Part shown: in pieces, positions 11,321-23,647 of the stretch
Position numbering within the stretch: the stretch's first letter is position 1
How the letters are laid out: the number at the start of each line of letters is the position of its first letter
NCBI RefSeq assembly: GCF_001194135.2
Contig: NC_068997.1
Location: 5,616,030-5,660,576 of the forward strand
Direction of reading: 5' to 3'
DNA length: 44,547 nucleotides
From: Octopus bimaculoides
Taxonomy: Eukaryota
Translations under genes and position numbers: made by a program
The notes under the pieces: generated by a model
What the model saw: only the letters and a program-made list of their open reading frames with translations
What the model was told of the DNA's origin: nothing
Database searches by the model: none

Positions 11321-12712
11321 TCTTGTTTTAGTCATTAGACTGCAGCCGTTCTGGTATGCATATGCACTCATATTTTCAAACATTCACATGTCCAGCATGC
11401 ATGTTTGGTGAATCTGTACAATTATAAAACTTTTAGCCATTTGTTTCTAGGACTAAAACCGAAACTCAATAATTTGCCTTCATACACCTATAAACACATG
11501 TCCTGACTGAAACATTTGTGCTCCTGCATGTGCGCACAGGCACAATTTTTGTGTTCTTGGTCGCATATCTCCAATGGACGATCGACTGAATTTCACGATT
11601 TTATGTGTAATGAGGTTGATTGAATGAATGATCTCTTTCGGTAGGAGGAAAAAGCTTTGTGCTACCTCCAGATCACTCCCACCACATCCCTCTCTTCCTC
11701 TCTGGTATATGTCTTGTCTCCTAATCATTTCTACTGTAAACCCATTTCATGACAAAAAAAAGACAGTACCAAATCTTACATTTTAGTATAGCTGGAGAAA
11801 TATACCTCAGGGAGCATTATTACTAAATGCAAAATACGGCCGGCTCTCAGGTACGTTAAGCAATTATAGCGATAAAATCCAAGCTACTAGAAGACAAAAA
11901 CGTCTTTAAAATGGCACACAAAAAAACAAAAAAGAAAATCAAGGGTGGGGGTGGGGGTAACTTGAATAACATAAATTGATTGACATTTTGGAACAATTAA
12001 AACTGCAAATTGGATTTGGTAATTGATCTCATTAGAGGTATGTCTCCGTCGTTGAGTTTTATTTTTTTAAAAACCCAGTAAAGAGGTGGGGGAATCTTTG
12101 TATACTAATTACTTGAATAATCTCAGTTATTCAAGCTTACTATATTACATTTATGGTATCTTTACTGTAAATTATTTCTAAAATACGTTATCATCCTCTC
12201 AACTCAACCAACCCTTGTCCTTCGCGACTTTTTTTCTCATCAAAATCTTACCAGTCTTGTTGTTTTTGTTCATTGTCGTTTCTGGCCTATGTTTTTATTT
12301 TTTTGTGTGTGCATTGTTTACAACATGCAGCTTATTTCTCAAATACGTGATAGTCTACCACCATACGGTTTGTGCCGAACGTCTGATACTATTTGGACAG
12401 TCTGAGAAAACTAATAGTTAGATTTTCTGTTTTTTTGGGGGGATGGGGTTAGTAGATTGGAATTGATATATAAAAAAATACCAACAAAATCTAACAGTAA
12501 CTGGAATGTAGTTGAACACCAGTAACAACAATATGGTGTTTGGTGTACTGTTAGATGAAAATAGATGACGTGTCTCTTTTATGCTTAAGGCATGGAGTAC
12601 ATGAATAACAAGAATGTTTTGATGCCAAAACAACCTGAACAAAGAGCAGGAATATTAAGTACATATCTCATATAGGGTATATAGTTTTGTGTATCTGTGC
12701 ACGCATGTATAT

Positions 12713-13132
12713 TACTGGGAAAGGCTGAAACAACTAAGACTCCACCCCCTGAAGAGAAAGCGGGAGAAGTATGCAGTAATATACATCTGGAAGATCCTGG
12801 AAGGAATTGTGCCAAATTTTGGCATTGAAAGCTACACCAATGCCAGAATGGGATGACACTGCATAGTGGCAAAGATCCCAGTAATGCCATTGTGCTTCAG
12901 GACCAGTTACTGCAACAGCCTGGGTTTCAGGAGCCCACAGCTTTTTAATATTCTCCCAAAGAGCCTGAGGAACCTGCACAAAGTAGATGCAAGCGTTTTT
13001 AAATCAAAGTTGGACCTCTTCCTGTTGAGAGTCCCAGATGAACCTGCCTCACGGCAAGAGGTGCAAATGAGGGTTGCTACATCAAACTCCATTCTTCACC
13101 AAGCGCCACATATTGGAGGAGGCTCTCAGTAA
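12713..13132 (+). mobile_element. 3' end of a CR1/L2-group LINE ORF2 (post-RT C-terminal region)
   Basis: One frame of 140 codons with a single internal TGA: YWERLKQLRLHPLKRKREKYAVIYIWKILEGIVPN...FNILPKSLRNL...FKSKLDLFLLRVPDEP. Confidence 0.8.
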
Positions 13133-13257
13133 TAACAGTATAGCAATGTATGTATATATATAATATGTATGTATATATATATATATGTATGTATATATAA
13201 TATATATATATGTATATATATAATATATGTATGTATACATAATATATGTATGTATAT

Positions 13258-13650
13258 CATCATCATCATCATCATCGTTTAACGTCCGCTTTCCATGCTA
13301 GCATGGGTTGGACGATTTGACTGAGGACTGGTGAAACCGGATGGCAACACCAGGCTCCAATCTAATTTGGCAGAGCTTCTACAGCTGGATGCCCTTCCTA
13401 ACGCCAACCACTCAGAGAGTATATATAATATATATATGTATATATATATAATATATGTATGTATATATATATAATATATGTATGTATGTTAGGAAGGGCA
13501 TCCAGCTGNNNNNNNNNNATCCAGCTGTAGAAGCTCTGCCAAATTAGATTGGAGCCTGGTGTTGCCATCCGGTTTCACCAGTCCTCAGTCAAGTCATCCA
13601 ACCCATGCTAGCATGGAAAGCGGACGTTAAACGATGATGATGATGATGAT
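13258..13650. mobile_element. Inverted pair of (GAT)n-tailed SINE segments (family C). Other copies, approximate: 6880-7130, 29520-29720, 30620-30790, 36370-36580, 36900-37110, 37760-37950, 41470-41600, 43630-43790
   Basis: Shared aggaagggcatccagc...aacccatgctagcatggaaagcggacgttaaacgatgatgat; the copies at 13258-13402 and 13488-13650 are reverse complements. Confidence 0.85.
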
Positions 13651-13669
13651 ATATGTATGTATATATATA

Positions 13670-13730
<61 letters not shown>

Positions 13731-13757
13731 ATGTATATATATATATATATATATATA

Positions 13758-13917
13758 GGTAATGTGTGCCTGTGCTATAAGAAGCTTGCTCCGAATGATA
13801 TGGTTCCGAGTTGAGTCCCACTGTGTGGCACCTTGGGCAAGTGTCTTCTACTATAGACCTAGCCAACCAAAGCCTTGTGAGTGTATTTGGATGACAGAAA
13901 CTGACAGAAGCCTGTTG

Positions 13918-13970
<53 letters not shown>

Positions 13971-14160
13971 GTGTTTGTACCTCAACCATCACTTGACAAC
14001 TAATATTGGTGTATCTACATTCTTGTAAACTAGCGGTTCGGCAAAAATGACCACTATAATAAGTACTCGGCAAATAGTAAGTCCTGGGGTTGTATTGTTC
14101 AACTAAAGGTGGTTCTCCAGCATGGCCACAGTCAAATGGTTGAAACAAGTAAAAGAATAA
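13758..14160 (+). mobile_element. CORE-type SINE, long form (family A). Partial copies, approximate: 6735-6830, 30330-30470, 30850-31005, 32160-32310, 37180-37335, 39400-39555
   Basis: tRNA-like head, then gtggcaccttgggcaagtg (CORE-like), an internal (TA)n and a conserved tail. Confidence 0.8.
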
Positions 14161-17100
14161 AAATGTGCATGTGTGTGATAATGAATATTGTAGGTTTGTT
14201 TTTGTTGTGTCTGTTTGCTAATCACATTGCATTCTTCTCTCCTTCTCTCTCTGCCTATCTCTTTATATCTTTCCCTTCTAATATCAATCAGTCAATAGAC
14301 TATGTGGAGCTAGTGGTGGTTTGTATCAGCAAGAGTAAAAAGTAAACTAGGAGTAGGGAAAGTATTTTTCAATTCATATATTTTAAAGAAGTAGTGTTCA
14401 TGACATTTTTTTTTCCGGAACTTTTGAGATGAGTAGGATGGGATCAGAGATGAAAGGAAGGAGGGAGAAATAGTCAGGTGTTGGAGTCAGAAGCTGCAAG
14501 TCCAGGCAGTTATCTCCCCTCACACCAGAGACCTGCTCTAAATGGTTGCACCAAGATGGGTTTTGTTAAAGATATTGTTCTTTTGCTCTGCTACCTGCCA
14601 TAGCTGCCTGGTACTGGTGTGAAAACACCAGCAGGGTATTGAGTCTTACCGTAAAATGAGTTAGCATCTGTAACAAGTTTTTAATGAAGTTGATCTGAAT
14701 GCTCCTTGCCTAAATGGGTGTCAAAATCTTTGTTTACATTATCCAAAAAGACATTTTAATTTTTCTGATGAAGTTTTAGTTTATTCATTCAAAAAATTTT
14801 CATCCTCATTCTGTCTTTCTTTGACATGGTCTCTTAATCCTTGTAGACATCATTTTACTCCAATGTGTTTCCTAACTTCACTTCTAGACACATATATACA
14901 TACCAAGCACACATACACACATTTCTTTATGTAATGAAGAGAGAAAAAAACAATACTTCTTTAAACTCTTGTGTTAATAATTCTATTATGGAAAAAATAT
15001 GTATTTCTTAATCATTTGGGCATGTAATTTAGATTAGTTCTAAATGTCTGTTGTTTTGGTCCTTTCATATACTTCCATACTTAGCTATGTAGATGGGAAT
15101 TTTCTACCCTTGAAATATATGTGTCTGTATGGTGCACTTAAGGTATGTGCTTCAAAAAGAAAAAGAGTGAGTAAAATAAAAAAAAAATTTTTAATTTATA
15201 TGCTGAGAATACGGGTACAATGTCAAGTATTTTCTTTTTTTACATAAAAAATTACGTCCAGTTATTTTATTATCATTTTTTTTCTTTCTAGACAAACTCA
15301 CAATTTCCTTTTGGCTTTTAATTGTTTTATCCATTCTTTCTGTCTGTCTGTCTATCTCGCTGTCTATGTATCTATCTCTATTTGTCTCCCTGTGTATCTC
15401 TCTCTCTCACTGTGTTTGTATTTCTCTATCAAAACAGCAAACAGTACCTTATTCAACAACATACCACAATTTAGTTATTGTTTCAGTTCATTTTATTCAC
15501 TTCTCTCTTTCTCTCTCTGATTTTTATAACAGCTAAAAAAGAAAACCAACGGATAAGACAAAAAGTATCAATTTGATTGATGTACCAATGTTTAAACAAT
15601 TATTATTATTATTATTATTATTATTAACATTATTATTATTATTATTGCCTTTTATATACATGTATATCTCATTTGTCATAAAAAGCATTTATAAATGGGA
15701 AAAAAAATTGACAAAAAAACTGTACTTGGTACTAATTGAAAATTGAATTTAGATTTTGAAATATTATGTTTATCTCTTTCTGATTTAATTTTCTTTTGTG
15801 TTAAATACATTTCATTTGTTTTGATTTTGTAAAAACAGTATCTTCAAAGACATTTAACAAAAAAACCAAAACCAATAATAATAATATTTATTAGTATTAA
15901 TTATTTATAAGACAGGAAAGTATTTGATACCAACAACATGGTATTTGAGTAGAAATGTTTCCTTCTCTCCTAACTATAAAAACAAAACACAAGTAGAAAA
16001 AATACATAAAAATGCATCTATTATGTGTTGTCCCCTTTTGTATATTTCTCCTGCTCAAGGGATTTGTTTTTTTTTTGTTTTTTTTCAATTTTGGGTATGG
16101 AGGAGTTGAATAAGTAAAAGTTTTTAATTTAATCAGATTTTAATTACCATTTTGTCATCACTGCCATCAATGATTAACATCCTTAATGTTATTAATATTA
16201 GCTGGCAGAATTGTTAGTATTGGGGAAAAATGCCTTGCAGTATTTGTTCTAAGTCTTTGTTCCAAACTCAAATCCATCCGAGGTCAACTTTACATTTTAT
16301 CCCTCCAATATGATAAGATAAGGTACTTACATACTGTGAGTGATGTCAATTGACTAAGCCCTTAACTTCAGAATTGTTGGCCTTGTGCCTAAATTAGAAA
16401 TAGCAACAATAGTAATGATGAGGGCATAAATTTCTGAATTTAGATATTAAATAAAAATTTAGAAAGTCAGTAATAATGATGATACAAAATTTCTCGTCAG
16501 TCCTCCTCATTATTTACTTTAGGTTTATATTACGACTGTCCTTTGCATTTTTACACAAATACGGAGATAGGTAGATAGATGCGCCTAGGTACATGTAGCT
16601 GGATAGATATATTGATAGACAGTGATATATCACCATATACCAAATGTACACATATACGTACCTACCACTATGTAATAGAATGTTCCCGATCACCCCCCCT
16701 ACACACACATACACACACACTATATCTAATCACCTGGTGTTATGCTACTTGTCTCCTCGCCAGGTTGTGGGTGGCCTTGTGATTATCTGTCAAAAACTCT
16801 GCTGTCCTTTGACAGGTTTTAGTTCCAATCATTGAGTAACTATCATCTTTACAAGGTTGATGTAGTAAGCACTATCATGTTACAGCATAAGAAGAAAAAA
16901 AGCTTTGTGTTATTTAGTTACATGCCTTTATACTTTGAGTTCAAATCTTGCCATGGTCAACTTTGCTTTTGATCTTTCTGAAGATTGATAAAATAAAGTG
17001 CTGGGGGTTGATTAAATTGACTGCATAACCCCTTTATACCAAATTTATGTCATTGTGACTAAGATAGAAGCAAATAATTATTACTTCTAAGCTGGCAGGA

Positions 17101-17738
17101 TCGTTAGTGTATCAGAGTAAAAGTTTAGTCACATTTTTTTCTGGCTCTTTACATTCTGAGCTCAGATTCTGCCAAAATCAACAAAATAAGTATTACTGAA
17201 GTACTGAAGGTGATGTAATTGATTAACCCCTTCCCCTAAACTTTACTGGCCTTGTGCCAAAATTAGAATTATTATTAGTAGTAGTTATTGTAGTAGCAGC
17301 ATAGTTGTCTGTTTTCTTTCATACAGTCTGTAGTTTAATCCTTAAGGTGTCTTTATTCATTGAGCCCCTAATTTCACTTGCAGTTAGTAGAATGGGATGG
17401 TATTACAGGTTAACAGAAGGCAGCCACTAACATCATATTTTCTTATGACCAATTTATTTGCATTGTTTTTTATCCTCAGGTCAGCCCTGGTCAAGCAGAC
17501 CTATGATCGAAGGCATTCCAGCCATGACCGTTTTAATCTTACGTGCAGGGAAGCCAACATTTATATTATCCAGTGTGACCATTTCTAACGTATTATATGT
17601 AATTTAAGGGAGACTTAGTGCTATTTTTTTATGCACTCACACACATATCCATTAAAAAGCAGGAAGTAATAATACATTTTCTTTTAATGAATTAAATATT
17701 AAAAAATGCACATAGAAAAACATTTTTTTAAATAGCTT

Positions 17739-17779
<41 letters not shown>

Positions 17780-17803
17780 ACATATATAAAACATTTTTAA
17801 ATG

Positions 17804-17856
<53 letters not shown>

Positions 17857-17880
17857 ACATATATAAAACATTTTTAAATG

Positions 17881-17925
<45 letters not shown>

Positions 17926-18948
17926 CTTCATAGTTATATTTAGATTTTCTTTTGAGTGTGGAGGCCTTCATTAATGTTCACCAATTATTTCTCCTTGATA
18001 ACCTGTAATGGTCTTTTGCTTCTATAGCTCACTTAAATTTTATGTACCAGCCTTATTAATTTACTTTTTGCTTTAACTAATTACTTAAGGCTGTTTCAGA
18101 TCAGTTGTGCCCCCTACTACTCTAAATTGCTATGTAAGGCCAATTCAGCATAGTTATCCTGTCACTAATTTACATTTTTTTATTCTGTAATATTAAATTT
18201 CTGTTTTCCTTTTTACATTTTCATTTCTCCAGGCATTCAAATTCAGCTTATATTTTTTAAAGTACATTTTACATTGGGTATTTTATATAGTCTGTTTCTG
18301 AACATTGTACTAGTAGTAGTAGTAATACTACTACTACTAGTAATAATAACCCTTTCTACTAGCGGCACAAGGCCTGAAATTTGGTGGGAGAGGACTTGTC
18401 AATTACTTTCACTGATACTTAATTTATTGACCTCAAAAAGATGAAAGGCAAAGTTGAACTCAGAATGTAGTGACAGGTGAAATACCACTAAGCATTTTGT
18501 CCAGTGTGCTAACAATTCTGCCAGCTCGCCACCTATAAGTAGTAGTAATAATAATAATAATAATAATGATGATGATGATATTTGTTTGTGATTTAGGCAT
18601 AAGGCAACAGTTTTGAGGAGAAGGTATTTGTTGATACCATTTGGCTCCAGTATTTAATTTGTACTTTATTTTATTGGGCCCAAACAGATGAAACCAATGT
18701 TGACCATAGCAGGGTTTGAACTCTGGATGTAAAGAACCATAGCTAAACACCAGAAGGAATTTACCCAATGCTCTAACAATTCTGGCAATCCACTTCTCTA
18801 ATAACAATAATGATAGGTAGTTTGTTAATGATCACTACATTAATTATGTTAATACATTCTTCATGTTTATGGCACCTTTAGGCATTGTGTGGATACATGT
18901 GTGTGTGTATGTATGTATGTATATATATATTTATATATATGTGTCTGT

Positions 18949-18993
<45 letters not shown>

Positions 18994-19453
18994 NNNNNNN
19001 NNNNNNNNNNNNNNNNNNNNNNNNNNNNNNNNNNNNNNNNNNNNNNNNNNNNNNNNNNNNNNNNNNNNNNNNNNNNNNNNNNNNNNNNNNNNNNNNNNNN
19101 NNNNNNNNNNNNNNNNNNNNNNNNNNNNNNNNNNNNNNNNNNNNNNNNNNNNNNNNNNNNNNNNNNNNNNNNNNNNNNNNNNNNNNNNNNNNNNNNNNNN
19201 NNNNNNNNNNNNNNNNNNNNNNNNNNNNNNNNNNNNNNNNNNNNNNNNNNNNNNNNNNNNNNNNNNNNNNNNNNNNNNNNNNNNNNNNNNNNNNNNNNNN
19301 NNNNNNNNNNNNNNNNNNNNNNNNNNNNNNNNNNNNNNNNNNNNNNNNNNNNNNNNNNNNNNNNNNNNNNNNNNNNNNNNNNNNNNNNNNNNNNNNNNNN
19401 NNNNNNNNNNNNNNNNNNNNNNNNNNNNNNNNNNNNNNNNNNNNNNNNNNNNN

Positions 19454-19497
<44 letters not shown>

Positions 19498-20231
19498 TTT
19501 GAAAAATTGTAAACAGCGAAATCACTTCACACATTACAAAGACTTCCTTCCAAAAGGTCTGTGTCATTCTGTATTCGTTTAAGCTTTCATATAATTAATA
19601 ATTTGTAATTTTGAACATTGTGACTAAGCACATTTGGTCAGGATAAGATGCTAGTTTACATACAAGGCTAAGAACAGTTGATTTATATTTTATCTCCAAC
19701 ATTGCAACCTTCTGTCTGTAAGTTAGGTACCATGTGAAGGTATTGTTTACTGTTGAATATGGTTTTGTATATAGCAATGCTGGGTTCAGTCTGTATAGTG
19801 GTTGTACGATCTTGAAGCATTAATAGGAAGCTGTTACCAGATACCTTTTGCCAGCCTCCTCCCTCTCTCTCATGCATATGCATTATTTGTTGTTTGAGCT
19901 AGTTAACACTTTTCACTTGCTATGTCTTCATATTGAAAAGTGCAAAAATAAATTAAGAATTCAGAAAGAAAAGATTTAAAGAATTCTTGCCCAAACAAAT
20001 ACCGAAAGCCCAATCTTTGCTAATGTGACAGTATTAGGAATCATTACTTCTAGCACTGTTACTTTACCAAATTCTTTGTCTTTGAATTTTCAGTTTCAAC
20101 TGGAGATTAGCCTTATGTGGCATGAAATTCAAAAGATAAAATTGCGACAAATCTATAGCTTCTCTTAGCACTTTTCAATGAAATCTCTCTCTCTCTCTCT
20201 CTCTCTATCTGTCTATCTATCTATCTATCTA

Positions 20232-20269
<38 letters not shown>

Positions 20270-21670
20270 ATTTGAATGAATTCATTTAAAAAAATCCTTT
20301 TAAATATTTTAATGTATTACTCAATGAATTTTTTACAATATGAAATAATTAAATAGTCAGTAAAAAGTATTTTCATAATTCACATAATTTCCATATTGAG
20401 TTTCTATGCTATGCTTTTATATGTATATGAAGGAGAGAAAGAGAGAATTGATGTACAAACACCAAAAAATAAATCCATTAGAATTTAGAGTTCAGTTAAT
20501 TACAGGCTGTTAAACTCCATCACATTATTCCATTGCAGTAAATTATATATTTAATGATGTTTATATTAAAGAAACAGCTGTTAAGCACAATTAAAGCATG
20601 AACTATATGTGAAATTTATGCTTTTCTGCTATGTATGTATGTATACATGTACTCTGCTCCAAGTATTTTGCTCTATTTTCTATTTTGTAACCATCTTTTT
20701 TGTAATTTGAAAATGCTGTGGGATTCTTCATCTTCTCGAATAGAAGAATCAGTCTATTGAGAAAGTAATTTCATAGATTATGGAATGGCCCCTAGTAAAG
20801 AAAGGAAGTTAAAAAATTTTTTTTATATTGTTTGCTTCTAGAATGTCTGTATTAAGCAATAACTTTAATCTGTGGTGTTATCACAACAGTGAAGGATTGC
20901 CAATGATATATTATTTAGAAGTATCTGTCTGTCAATAGTTACTAGTTAATTAATTATTCAGGCAGGTTAATTAATTTTGATGACCTTGAATTTTTTTTCT
21001 TGTTTTGTTTTTTACTCTCTTATTAATATGTAAGAAGTGTGTCAGATGGTTGAGGAGGTAGAGTACTAGAGTACTCAATGAAAGAGTCAGTCCTTTGTAC
21101 CTTCTTACCAATACTAAACTATGTCTGTCGCTAAAACACTCAACTGTCACTGGTTCAGGGAGAGTACTGTGAACGTGATGAGTGATTCTTTTTTATTTAA
21201 CTTCTTTAGTATAAATTGTTGAGTATTGGTGTTCTCACTTGCCTTGAAATTACTCCACATGGGGACAATGTATTCACTGCTGCTCTAGTATGTTTAAAGG
21301 GACTTACAAAAATATGAAGAAATATTTCATTTGTAATTTGCATGTTCACCTCTCTATTTCTCACTAAATAGCTTATTTGGACCCCTCTCCCACCCACTTC
21401 TTTGATCCCTTCTTTTTTAATTATCTTTCAAAGGATTCAGTGATTGATTCACATAAAAAAACAACAAAACAACAAAAATTAAATTTTTTTTTTAATTTTA
21501 AAAATATTTTTATTTTTTAATTGGCTTTATTTTTTTTTATTTTTCAGTTACTTTATATTTACAAATGGGTTGTCTTTAAATGGCCAATAGGTTGGCTGTT
21601 TTAGGTTATGTATGTATGTGTGTGCATTCTTATCTCTATCTATCTGTCTATCTATGTGTGNNNNNNNNNN

Positions 21671-21715
<45 letters not shown>

Positions 21716-22149
21716 TGCAATGTAAAGGCATAGACTTCTTAGTTGTGGTTTTTAGCTTTTGGTTGGTAGTTGAAGTTTGTCATCATCATCATCATTATCT
21801 GTCATACTCCTTCTCCTCACCATCATCGTCTTCACCAATCATCATCATCTACATTATCATTACCATCTCCATCAAATTATCGTCTTTGTTGGTATCCTCT
21901 GGAAAAAAAAAACAAAAGAAAAACAAACAAAACTTGACACCAATATTTTAGTTTGCCAGAATTGGTGTAAAAAAAAAAAGTGAAAAGAAAAAAAATGGGA
22001 GCAAGTACATGAAAATGATATTTTTTTTTAGCAACAACGTTTGTGTTTCAATTTTTGGCAGGGAAAAAAAAATTTTAAGACAAAATTTTAAAAAAATATA
22101 AATAAACAATAACAGCTCTCAAGTTTAAATGAACACTAACACCAGCATT

Positions 22150-22390
22150 CAGAATGTCACATCATGTGTACACTGTGTGCCACATGTCTTGTACACCAGC
22201 ACTACCATACCATGGTGTGTATATTGAGTACCACATAGTGCATACACTGTGTAAGGTACAACTTGGTGTATACCACATCATATGTGCATTGTTGTACCAC
22301 ATGGTGTATACCAAGACAGCCACACCATGTTCACACTGTATCACATGGTGCATACACCAACATTACCACATTGCATCGTGTTCTCAGCTT
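22150..22390. repeat. Cryptic degenerate repeat built from CCACATGGTG / CACCATG / TACAC motifs
   Basis: Recurring ccacatggtgtata and catacac units in both orientations. Confidence 0.7.
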
Positions 22391-22654
22391 TAAGCCGAAG
22401 ATGATGTTATAAAAATAAATAAAATTCAATTGGACATAAATGGAATTGTTGATATGCAAATAATATTCAAGGAACATTTTTTTGTACTGAATGATGATAA
22501 TAATAATAATAAAAAACTGTCTATATATACCTTGTTGTTTTTGTTGTTGCTTCAGTTTGGACATGAATGAGAACTATGATCAAAGATGTTCCAACCAGGA
22601 CCCTCATATCTTATTTTATACATAATATAATCCTTTCTTTTTGTTTTATAATAA

Positions 22655-23647
22655 ACTAGCAGACCTACCTGGTGTTGCTCGGGATTTAAACGGCATAGTT
22701 TGTATATATGGTGCAATTAAGTTGAAACGTGATACGGGGAAGTACAGAATTGGGGACAAAACATTTGTGGAGTAAATGAAGGGCTAATTCGACTAAATGT
22801 CATGTCATGCATCTGTTTGGAAGAGTCCAAGCCCTAACCTTGTCATGGAAAAATGGGTGGTGGGTATGTGATTTTTGAATGCACCAAAAAGCTCTCAGTG
22901 GATACACTCCCCTTTGCAGCTGTTGGCGCTCCCTCTGCCCTGCTGAACAATCAGCAGACATAAGAACTACGTCTATGTGATTGTGAGGACAACTCAGCTC
23001 CCAAGCAAAAACAATTCTGCATGCAGCGTCTGGGCACGCAAGGTCACATTAAGGACATGGACTTGGTCTCTAACTAATGTGGTTCGGCCCTAGACCCCAT
23101 AAATTAGTAGGCTAATGTACATGTGATATTTCAATTTGTAATCAATAGCTAAAGTATATTTTTGTGGGCTTCATCTATGCTTAGAAGGAAAACTTTGATA
23201 CTGAAGTTAAAAGAAAATAGTTGAATAGTTGCTCAAGATTTAACACATTTTAGCATACTTTTCATAATAAACATAGTGTATTCCAAATGGATTTTATCCC
23301 AACAAATTGCTATGGAAACAGGCTATTATTGCTACCACTTAGACAATGCAGTTTGAAGTCTACATCAGTTCATCCATTTAATAAAACCTACTTATATCAT
23401 TTCAGCCACTGTTTTTCCAGTTTGAACAGAAGCAATGTGAGAACCATGCAGGCAGTCATTCGTTCCCCAGGAAAGGGGGTTTTCTGCCCTCAGGAGACCC
23501 ATTACTTGAAACATTTTTAAAGTCTAAAACCATCTCTGGAATATAAGTAATGTATGCTCCCAGTTTGGAGAAAATCAGTTGTGAACTTCAGAAGTTCTGC
23601 AGATTTACACACACACACACACACACACATCCTCAGTTTTATATCTA
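22655..23647 (+). mobile_element. Non-autonomous Helitron-like element (Lep1/HINE-style architecture); its terminal TATATAGAG is displaced to 24910-24920 by the mariner insertion
   Basis: 5' ACTAGCAGACCTACCTGGTGTTGCTCGGG; 3' cagtttggagaaaatcagttg...(CA)n-tcctcagttttatatc; family assignment rests on remembered architecture only. Confidence 0.5.

Noticed and set aside
11480-11728. F-box-like resemblance (FFLLPKEIIHSI) in the 82-aa minus-strand ORF
   Set aside because: Only a few residues match and the rest of the F-box pattern is absent
16523-16815. Possible spliced peptide containing GCGWP, reminiscent of MsrB
   Set aside because: No other MsrB motifs, and several alternative frames are equally open
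22556-22626. Exon-like segment after ttgttgcttcag (LDMNENYDQRCSNQDPHILFYT*)
   Set aside because: No donor site, no homology and no linkable upstream exon
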